From a virus, in IMG/VR virus record IMGVR_UViG_3300005613_000020, positions 1 through 64,000 of that record: DNA of 64,000 nt, one strand, 5' to 3'. The notes beneath the pieces were generated by a model that was given only the letters and a program-made list of their open reading frames with translations, had not been told where the DNA came from and ran no database searches. Positions 1-7,544 of the stretch are shown here, piece by piece. Made by a program: the position numbers and the translations under genes. Position 1 is the first letter of the stretch. Each line of letters opens with the position of its first letter.

Positions 1-437
1 CAAACTACTTCTATTACTCCTGCATTGATTATGTATCCCGCGCATGTTTTGCACGGAATCGGGCAAGAGCAATACAAGGTAGACCCCTCTACTGATACTC
101 CAGCTCTAGATGCTGTAACAATAACATTAACTTCTGCATGGGAAGCAACGCAATATTCCAAACCTTCACCAGACTCAAAAGGAACTGCTTTTCTAGGACA
201 AGTTCCACTAGGCACAGCATATCCCTGATAGACAGTTTCTGTACCATTCCTAGAAACTAGTACGCTAATACTAGGCATTCTAACCCAACACTCAGAGATA
301 CCACTAGGCGGACCATTATAACCTGTCGATATTATTCTATTATTCTTTACTAGTACCGCTCCAATCTTCCTAGACGCACACTTTGAGTTTGACGATACAG
401 CATCTGCAATATCCATAAAATAACTATCCCAAGTCAC
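1..437 (-). CDS. dCMP deaminase (runs off the left edge; not in the ORF track)
   Basis: Manual translation from GTG at 437: [46 protein letters not shown]...SHAEVNVI...[17 protein letters not shown]; HAE and PCxxC zinc motifs. Confidence 0.9.
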   Translation of the reverse strand, partial: [145 protein letters not shown]

Positions 438-577
438 TACACTACCTTCCCATCATTAGACCCTTTTATTACCTTCTTCAATGCTTCCATGAAATCAGTT
501 CTTGCCACGTCTAACTTCTTCACTTTATTTTTCCTCTCTAATTATATAATGTGCTACTTTTTCAAAAAATGTGACGC

Positions 578-973
578 CTACCAAAGAGGAAACTCGTCTT
601 CAAATACATTTCTAGCCTCTTCGCACGCAATCTCGTGCTGTCTCAAACAATCGTTGCAGTATGGTCCATCCCTACAAATGGAGCAGAAACAATCCTGCAT
701 AGCTTCTACTGACTGACTACATCCTACGCACGTTGAAATGCTTCCCTTCTTGTCATCCTTAAAATGTACTGGTATTCCGTAAAGAGTAATCTCATCCACA
801 ATATTTGCCACTAGCTTAGACACTATATATCCAGTAGACTCTAGTTCATTCTTCTTGTGTACAATGTCTGAAAAATCGAACTCCAACTTAACTGCTTGCT
901 CACCAGGATACATTTTGATACCAACGCTAGTTTCAATTACTACTGTTCCTTTTGGATAATCTTCGTTAGGCAT
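578..973 (-). CDS. hypothetical protein with C-terminal Cys-rich (Zn-binding) region
   Basis: ORF with GGAGG RBS; CxxC...CxCxxC...CxxC. Confidence 0.6.
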   Translation of the reverse strand: MPNEDYPKGTVVIETSVGIKMYPGEQAVKLEFDFSDIVHKKNELESTGYIVSKLVANIVDEITLYGIPVHFKDDKKGSISTCVGCSQSVEAMQDCFCSICRDGPYCNDCLRQHEIACEEARNVFEDEFPLW

Positions 974-1233
974 TGAAAAAAACCTCCATATCTACTATTA
1001 ACGCAAATTCTTCGGTGTTCTAGCTACATGTGCAGACACAAAACCTAACTTGAGGGACACCATAGGACCCATTCGTCGTACTGTCAATCCAAGCTCAAAT
1101 ATTGGAAAGTGCCAATCTACCATTCCCATAACCTGCTTTCCTACCTCTACTCCATAATAACCAAGCTGACCAAAATTACCGTGTCCTGTACTTACGTTCA
1201 TCTTTATTTCCTCCTTCTATATTCATTAATACC

Positions 1234-1881
1234 CTACCGTAATAGTCTCTCATTTGATGCGGATGTGATATCACTATTCAACTCAAAACAAACACAATTC
1301 CTATTTGTGTTTCGACATGCAATTCCAGTTGATCCACTACCTCCAAACAAATCTACAACAAAATCATATTCCTCAGTGAACCCCTGTACAAGCATTTCGA
1401 TTAGAGCAACTGGTTTTTGAGCACCATGAATTTTATTCCCATCGTGTTTGAAATTAAGTACACTTGGTAAGTGAGTAAAGTCTCCGTGCTTTTTGAAGTC
1501 TCGAAAACCCTGGTTTGCATAGAATATAAGTTCATGCCTCTTTCTTACAGGTTTGCCCATTCCTATCTTGTTCTTGTCCCATACCAGCAATCCTGTATTT
1601 TGCCAGTCGTAAAAAGCTGAGAATAGTATAGGATAGAACTTATCATCACAAAAGAAAAACACTGGTGCGTCTTCCTTCAATGTCCGCTCAAGCTTCTTCT
1701 TCATCTCCGTAAAATAGAATTCTTGAATGGAGATATCTGCAAGATTCTTGAACTTCTTTCTGCCGAATGCTGTAACAACAGGAGTGGAGTATGGAGGATC
1801 TGTGATAAGAAGATCTATACTTTGATCGTCAATCATCTCTAGCCCTTCCATACAGTCACAGTTAACTATTTCTACCATCAT
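1234..1881 (-). CDS. DNA amino-methyltransferase (beta class, N6A/N4C), orphan
   Basis: DLLITDPPY catalytic motif, HGAQKP, DLFGGSGSTG SAM-binding motif. Confidence 0.92.
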   Translation of the reverse strand: MMVEIVNCDCMEGLEMIDDQSIDLLITDPPYSTPVVTAFGRKKFKNLADISIQEFYFTEMKKKLERTLKEDAPVFFFCDDKFYPILFSAFYDWQNTGLLVWDKNKIGMGKPVRKRHELIFYANQGFRDFKKHGDFTHLPSVLNFKHDGNKIHGAQKPVALIEMLVQGFTEEYDFVVDLFGGSGSTGIACRNTNRNCVCFELNSDITSASNERLLR

Positions 1882-2358
1882 TCTAATCCTATTCGTTATT
1901 TATCCCCCTGTACCATAACCTATCAATACACCTAACCCAATAGCCAAAGGAGTACAAATAACTCCTGCTACTATACCATAAAATAGATCATACATTATCT
2001 TTTTCCTCTCTGAAACACCTCTTACACAAATCGCTATCATCCTGTAGTTTAACTCCAAATTCGTCTTCTGGAACCCTCCACCCATGCTTACATCTAGTCT
2101 TTCCCATTATAGGTCTATGTTTGCTGTTACGAATTATTGTGCTTACTCTATGAACCTTTCCAGTACTTAGCCTTACGCAATCCATCAATATTCTCCTCTT
2201 AACGATCTAGGACATACTCAAAGTCTATCTCTTCTTTGTATCGTTCAACAAAACAATATCTATCAAACCTATCTGAATAGAAGAGACTATCATCATCAAA
2301 GTACTCTATGGTAATTATGTCTCCATATTCGTTTCCGCAGAAGTTATCACTTATTATC

Positions 2359-3288
2359 CTAATCTTGATTGTCATGGCAATTAAGCCTATCCTGTAAACG
2401 GCGTTTAAACATCAAGGCTGTTTCCTTGCTAATTACCTTCTGAACTTGTTTATTCCAAGCTATCTCTCCTTCTGCTTCTCTGCGAATATCTTCTACCATT
2501 TCAGAAATTACCTCGCCTGTATCTTCAATGTTAACATCCTCGTCGAAATTCTGGAGAACATGGGTAAGTCTCATTTCCGTTACCCACTCCTCACAAACCA
2601 TCTTTGCATCCTTGATTACTTCAAGTTCATCCGCACTAACAACCTTTCGTGGAGTCTTGGTTTCTTTGAATTCCTCTCCCTTGTGCTTGCAGATTACCCT
2701 CTTTCCATTATTCTTTGTCATTTCCTCAATTGGCCTTAGAACTACGCCCTCTCTCTTGTGACCAGGACCCATCCCGTTCTTTATGGCCTGAACTGATTCC
2801 CTATCCCTTTCGGCATCAACCGCGCTAATGGTTGTTGGAATTTTCTTATAAGGTACAAAATCAAGACCAAGTTTCTTTGCTATTTCTTCTGCCTTTGGCA
2901 TACTAAGCCAACGATCACCAATCTTTACATCAAATACCACAAACCTAAGTTCATTCCCGTAGGTTTCTTTCATCCCTTGCATCTTTCCGCCGTATGCTTC
3001 TCCATATACAATAACAGTTGTACATCCCATACTACAGAAATTCCTTGCAAGAACTTCTTCATCAAATATCTTTACAAAATCCTCGTGCTTTGCCCCTCCA
3101 GAGAAAAACACTAAATCATAATTGCTGTAAATACCCTGATCAGACAATTGTCCAGAAAACTTAACATGTGCCGACGTTCCATGAATCTTCTCCGACGCAT
3201 AGCATTCCTTGAACATCAGAACATCTTGATTCTTGTAAAGGTTATCTATATGAAGGTAGCCTATTGTTCTATCTCCTCTTCTACGCAT
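2359..3288 (-). CDS. RNA ligase, Rnl2-like
   Basis: Motif I EKIHGT, then YGEAYG, FVVFDV, EGVVLRP, KHK nucleotidyltransferase motifs; the real start may be the ATA at 3264. Confidence 0.85.
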   Translation of the reverse strand: MRRRGDRTIGYLHIDNLYKNQDVLMFKECYASEKIHGTSAHVKFSGQLSDQGIYSNYDLVFFSGGAKHEDFVKIFDEEVLARNFCSMGCTTVIVYGEAYGGKMQGMKETYGNELRFVVFDVKIGDRWLSMPKAEEIAKKLGLDFVPYKKIPTTISAVDAERDRESVQAIKNGMGPGHKREGVVLRPIEEMTKNNGKRVICKHKGEEFKETKTPRKVVSADELEVIKDAKMVCEEWVTEMRLTHVLQNFDEDVNIEDTGEVISEMVEDIRREAEGEIAWNKQVQKVISKETALMFKRRLQDRLNCHDNQD

Positions 3289-3584
3289 TCATCAGGAAAT
3301 ACTAAGATTCGTTCCAACTTATCTAGTTTCTCTGTAATATGTGTGTTGATCAATTCTTCAATATTTGGAAATATATAACTCAGCTGATCAATCATGATAA
3401 TCGTGTTGGCAATCTCTTCCGCCAAGGAATTCAAAGATCCACACCGACCTCTTCGAAAGTGGTTTGCTTCCGCACTCAGTTCAGAGCTTTCCTCTGCTAG
3501 CATTGCTACTTGCTCCTGAACTCCCCACTTATTTACAGCAAGCTTGTAAATCTCTTGCTTCTTTTCTTCCGTCCAATTTTCCAT
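3261..3584 (-). CDS. MazG-like all-alpha NTP pyrophosphohydrolase
   Basis: AEESSEL...LAEEIAN motif pair (the usual ExxD appears as ExxN). Confidence 0.7.
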   Translation of the reverse strand: MENWTEEKKQEIYKLAVNKWGVQEQVAMLAEESSELSAEANHFRRGRCGSLNSLAEEIANTIIMIDQLSYIFPNIEELINTHITEKLDKLERILVFPDECVEEEIEQ

Positions 3585-3586
3585 AT

Positions 3587-3952
3587 TTACTTACTACCGT
3601 AGGCTTTCCTTAAGTCAGTTTTTACTTGCTTATATCCATCTGGAGGAATTTTCCATTCGGGATACCATTCAGTCCAATTACAAGTACCTAGCCTTATCTC
3701 AACCAACCCTAGTCTATTCGCTGCTCTGATTTGCCACTTTGCCTTTTGCCAGCAATTAGGAACCCAACCTTTTATTGCGTAGTGATTCTCTTGCTTCTTT
3801 GCACACTCATCACAGTAATAGTCAGGTAACTTTGGGTCAAGGTCGTAGGGACCGCCGAAGTCTATTGAATAATCCGAATCCCATTTACAGAACTTACCAC
3901 ATATGCAGCAATGATTTCTGTATGACAATTTGTTTTTAGCTCTTTCTATCAT
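3587..3952 (-). CDS. hypothetical Zn-finger protein
   Basis: CxxC...CxxC; operonic spacing. Confidence 0.55.
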   Translation of the reverse strand: MIERAKNKLSYRNHCCICGKFCKWDSDYSIDFGGPYDLDPKLPDYYCDECAKKQENHYAIKGWVPNCWQKAKWQIRAANRLGLVEIRLGTCNWTEWYPEWKIPPDGYKQVKTDLRKAYGSK

Positions 3953-3963
3953 TACTCCATTAC

Positions 3964-4431
3964 TTAATTCGTTATATAGATTTCTTCCCTGTATACAAAG
4001 AATAGACCTATTGGATTTACACTATCATCTTCAATAATTGTAAGTTCGCCACATAATAGATATTCTTGTAACAAGTTAACAAGTTCATCATCACTGCAAC
4101 CTAGACCAAAAGGTACCTTAAGAAGTCCGGGGGATTTTCTAAGCTCCAGTTTATCAAATCTCTTTAATCCTAGTTCCCTAAGAATGGATTTAGCTTCTGC
4201 ACTAATAAGTTCCTTTGGATTCTCGGACGTTCTTAGTGTTATTATTGGAAATAAGAATGATTTTCCAAGATATTGTTTACCGTGTTCAAATTTTGTGTTG
4301 GTACCAATAAGCATAATCCTCGTAGAAGTTATACCAGAAAGAAATCTTAGTGCTGGTACCCATTCTTCTGGTACTATATGTCTTTCAACCTGTTTATCTC
4401 CCAGAAATACTAGACAACATCTACTATCCAT
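3964..4431 (-). CDS. hypothetical protein
   Basis: ORF with AGAGGAG RBS. Confidence 0.55.
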   Translation of the reverse strand: MDSRCCLVFLGDKQVERHIVPEEWVPALRFLSGITSTRIMLIGTNTKFEHGKQYLGKSFLFPIITLRTSENPKELISAEAKSILRELGLKRFDKLELRKSPGLLKVPFGLGCSDDELVNLLQEYLLCGELTIIEDDSVNPIGLFFVYREEIYITN

Positions 4432-4483
4432 TATTTTCTCCTCTTTCTCTCTACTTCTTTACGACACTGTTCTAGATACCGCT

Positions 4484-4543
4484 TGCTAACGTTAAAGTCA
4501 CCCGCTTGGTTCCTCTAAGTCGGTGTCCACTGCTTTGTTGGTC
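4484..4543 (-). other. attC site 3 (60 bp, degenerate)
   Basis: Minus strand GACCAAC-AAAGC-AGTGGACA-CCGACTTAGAGGAACCAAGCGG-GTGACT-TTAAC-GTTAGCA. Confidence 0.7.
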
Positions 4544-4734
4544 CGCCTAATCAGATCGTATCCTACCTTAGCTAGAGCCGCCCTTAAATCCTTGGCCCCG
4601 ATAATAAACCACCCGCCACTCCCACAATCCTCATCGCCGACCATCAATTCATCCAGCCATCCATCAATAGAGTCTAGGATAATTTGGTTATCATTTTCTT
4701 TGCACCTATAGCGTATACGCGTTTCTACTACCAT
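4498..4734 (-). CDS. cassette-borne hypothetical protein
   Basis: ATG at 4734 behind GGAGGG; the TTG start at 4764 in the ORF track is the attC R' core; stop codon lies inside attC. Confidence 0.7.
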   Translation of the reverse strand: MVVETRIRYRCKENDNQIILDSIDGWLDELMVGDEDCGSGGWFIIGAKDLRAALAKVGYDLIRRTNKAVDTDLEEPSG

Positions 4735-4758
4735 TGTTCCCTCCTTACCCGATGGTCG

Positions 4759-4813
4759 GCCCAACGTCTGAGCTAACCCGCGTTCCTACGTCGGGTTGAG
4801 CGATTTGTTATGC
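4759..4813 (-). other. attC site 2 (55 bp)
   Basis: Minus strand GCATAAC-AAATC-GCTCAACC-CGACGTAGGAACGCG-GGTTAGC-TCAGAC-GTTGGGC; L''/L' pair with one extrahelical base. Confidence 0.9.
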
Positions 4814-6209
4814 GGCGTAGTTGTTTAGGATGATACCGCCAATACCAAACACTATACCCATGCTTGTCTCCGATGATTGGCATTGCTTCAACTAACAGAT
4901 TCCCTATTCGCTCACTGACGCGTTCACAACGGCGGAACCCATTAGTGCGAAACATATTCCCCTCGTTATCTATCACAAGGTACCGATCAGCTAGCATTCC
5001 TCTAAAGAACCCAATACAGAAGTGATCCATTGGGTCACCATCCCCAATCATTTTTAATATAGTTTCACCGATTGATTTTGCCAAAAACGGTGGAACCGCA
5101 TTGCCTACTTGTTCATATTGTTGTGTGGTACTTCCATAGAAAATATATGAATCTGGGAACGATTGTATTCTTGCAGCTTCCCTAACAGATATAACCCTAT
5201 CCTGCACCGGATGGAAGAAGCTTCCCCAATGCGGGTCGCATTTAGTTAACACCGTTGAACATAATCCTTCAGGGTGAAGTCTTCCATATCGTTTAGTGTG
5301 ATCGCTTCGACGCGCACGCTTTAATCCCGCTGGCAATAAATCAAATGGAATATCTCTCCAGCTACCGCCTTGCGGTATATGTTTAAGCCGTTCTAAATTA
5401 ATCTTGCCAAGCTTTGAGCAAATATGGTTTTCAATGCGCCTAGAGCCTATGCGGAGAATTTGTTGATATTCGCTTTTTGGTTCTGTTGGATAATCAAATA
5501 TACCGTTAGTGTCTCCCGGCTCTATTTCTGGCAAATCGGATATTGCATCCCATACACTTGTGTGGGCTTTTAAGTGCTGTGCAAACAACGGCGGGATACT
5601 AATGCAAAGTTCTTTTGCGCCAGTGAAATTGGCAACTGCTGTTGCGTTATAAGTAGGCTCAGGAAAAATTATCTTTTTTCCTCGACCTTTAATTGCAATA
5701 AAGGTAGTTCTGAATCTCATTTGCGGCACTCCGTAATGGCCTGCAAATAATATTCTATGGGCTACGCTATAGCCCATCCTGTCAAGCTCTTTATAAATCT
5801 GCTCGACAACTGTTCCTTTTCCTAAAGATACAATGCCGGGTACATTTTCAATCAATACAGCTTTGGGTTTGAGTGTTTCTGCGATACGTAAATAATCTTT
5901 AAATAGATGATTTCTTTTATCATCAAGGCTTCGGATTGGCGCATTTATAGAGAAGCCTTGGCAAGGTGGCCCGCCTGCAAGCAAATCTAACTCGCCAACT
6001 TTCAACCCAAGGCTTTTCTTCAAGCTTCTATCGCAGACCTCTCGGACATCATCGACTACAACCTCTGTGTTTGAATGGTTTCGCTTGTAGGTATCTGCAT
6101 AATTTGGGTCAATTTCATTTGCCAATATTGGTGAAAAGCCAGCCATTTCCAAGCCACATGAAAGGCCTCCAGCACCTGCAAACAAATCAACTAAAAGTTT
6201 CTTTTTCAA
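4773..6209 (-). CDS. DNA (cytosine-5) methyltransferase with ~85-aa unrelated C-terminal extension; cassette-borne
   Basis: Motifs I DLFAGAGG, IV GGPPCQGFS, VI ENVPG, VIII GVPQMRFR, IX SVREAARIQSFPD, X QVGNAVPP. Confidence 0.95.
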   Translation of the reverse strand: MKKKLLVDLFAGAGGLSCGLEMAGFSPILANEIDPNYADTYKRNHSNTEVVVDDVREVCDRSLKKSLGLKVGELDLLAGGPPCQGFSINAPIRSLDDKRNHLFKDYLRIAETLKPKAVLIENVPGIVSLGKGTVVEQIYKELDRMGYSVAHRILFAGHYGVPQMRFRTTFIAIKGRGKKIIFPEPTYNATAVANFTGAKELCISIPPLFAQHLKAHTSVWDAISDLPEIEPGDTNGIFDYPTEPKSEYQQILRIGSRRIENHICSKLGKINLERLKHIPQGGSWRDIPFDLLPAGLKRARRSDHTKRYGRLHPEGLCSTVLTKCDPHWGSFFHPVQDRVISVREAARIQSFPDSYIFYGSTTQQYEQVGNAVPPFLAKSIGETILKMIGDGDPMDHFCIGFFRGMLADRYLVIDNEGNMFRTNGFRRCERVSERIGNLLVEAMPIIGDKHGYSVWYWRYHPKQLRRITNRSTRRRNAG

Positions 6210-6251
6210 ATTTCTCTTTCCTATCTACACACGTAGGATGGTTTTTATTGT

Positions 6252-6299
6252 GCATAACGTTGAGTTCAGCGGCTTGTCCGCTGAAACGGTTGGTTATAT
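6252..6299 (-). other. attC site 1 (48 bp)
   Basis: Minus strand ATATAAC-CAACC-GTTTCAGC-GGACAAGCC-GCTGAAC-TCAAC-GTTATGC; canonical R''-5-L''(8)-loop-L'(7)-5-R' layout. Confidence 0.9.
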
Positions 6300-7072
6300 T
6301 GCGTATCTTCAATTCTCTGCTTTGCGATTTCAAAGTATTCTTTATCAATCTCAATACCGATGAAATCGCGGTTTAACTGTTTCGCCATTTTGCCGGTTGT
6401 TCCACTGCCCATGAAAGGGTCAAAAACGGTATCGCCTTCATTACTCCACGATATTATGTGATCATGTGCAAGTTTTTCGGGGAATATCGCAGGATGTTGA
6501 TATGCTATTTTGTCTTTTGTAACATGACCACCACCAACTGTGTATTTCCAAACATTCCCTATAACTTTGTCACTTGATTTTGAAGGCTTCCCTTTGTTGT
6601 GGAAGTTATTATCTTTTTCTCTTTGATAATTTTTAAATTTCCTATTATCTTTCCATACTTTTTTTTCTTTTATTGGGTTAAATACTCGAGGACCGGTCTT
6701 TTTTGTAAATATAAACATATATTCAAAATACTGTTCATACCTATTGTGTGATAGTGGTGGGCCTGTTTTGCTATATATCATCGTATCATGCAAGTTAAAT
6801 CCAATTTCCTTAAAATATAATGCTTGTTTAAAGCTTGACCCCGTCTCACTACCTTTAACCGTAGCATCACCAACAACCCAAACAACGACACCGCCGGGTT
6901 TTGTAACTCTCCATAAACCGGCAGCAATAGCGGAAAATTCTGCCCAACCCCAGGTTGATGAATTATTATAAGTCCTCAGATTGTCGTATGGTGGGCTTGT
7001 GACCGTCAAATCAATCGAATCAGGCTCACATGTAAATAAATACTCTCTGCAATCCCCGTGTATCAGTTTCAT
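6266..7072 (-). CDS. DNA amino-methyltransferase (beta class, SPPY; N4C/N6A); cassette-borne
   Basis: [22 protein letters not shown]. Confidence 0.93.
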   Translation of the reverse strand: MKLIHGDCREYLFTCEPDSIDLTVTSPPYDNLRTYNNSSTWGWAEFSAIAAGLWRVTKPGGVVVWVVGDATVKGSETGSSFKQALYFKEIGFNLHDTMIYSKTGPPLSHNRYEQYFEYMFIFTKKTGPRVFNPIKEKKVWKDNRKFKNYQREKDNNFHNKGKPSKSSDKVIGNVWKYTVGGGHVTKDKIAYQHPAIFPEKLAHDHIISWSNEGDTVFDPFMGSGTTGKMAKQLNRDFIGIEIDKEYFEIAKQRIEDTQYNQPFQRTSR

Positions 7073-7096
7073 TTTACCTCGTATTTTCGTTTAGCA

Positions 7097-7115
7097 ATAT
7101 AACAAGTGATTAGCT
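7097..7115 (-). other. attI-like primary insertion site (or decayed attC)
   Basis: AGCTAAT-CACTT-G|TTATAT; the GTTATAT core matches R'' ATATAAC of the first cassette. Confidence 0.6.
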
Positions 7116-7337
7116 TGACTCTCCATATATAGACATCGCCTTATTGAAGCCCTGGACCGCACTCCTATCATGGAATCTTTGTGTACCAGGTAGTACCAAC
7201 TCCACGGTAGTAAAGGCGCTTCTCTTGCTTTCATCGTATCTATATCTCACGGCGTATAAGCTATTGCCGTATTGCCTTGTGAGTTTCTTAGTCCCTGGAT
7301 CGCCTGGGCCCATTCTTTTAATTACTGTTCCCTGCAT
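7110..7337 (-). CDS. conserved hypothetical protein (PGxxGTK...YG...VRYRYD...TVEL type)
   Basis: Recognisable motif string; function unknown. Confidence 0.65.
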   Translation of the reverse strand: MQGTVIKRMGPGDPGTKKLTRQYGNSLYAVRYRYDESKRSAFTTVELVLPGTQRFHDRSAVQGFNKAMSIYGESS

Positions 7338-7481
7338 TAGCCGTCTCCCTTAACAATCCCTCTTAACAATATGAAAGAAAAAAGAAAAAAAGAAAGAAAT
7401 AACTAGTATGCTCTCCACCCATCCGCTAGACCAGAAATGTTTTCAACATCCCTTGTCCTCCCCTCTTCCCTCCATACTCTT

Positions 7482-7510
7482 ATTATACCGGATTTTACAA
7501 AAAAGTGTAA
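7482..7510 (-). promoter_or_regulatory. sigma70-like promoter, class with TTTTGTAAAA spacer; candidate Pc for the cassette array
   Basis: TTACAC-17 bp-TATAAT; the same spacer motif occurs at 34859 and 45179. Confidence 0.65.
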
Positions 7511-7544
7511 CATTAGCTTCAAATTTAAGTCGTCTACGATATAG

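Larger units (their letters stand above)
4484..7115 (-). mobile_element. integron-type gene cassette array lacking an integrase (3 cassettes: 7102-6258, 6257-4765, 4764-4490)
   Basis: Three attC sites, each after one ORF; each cassette's R'' is the reverse complement of the GTT core at its 5' boundary (7/7, 7/7, 6/7). Confidence 0.85.
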
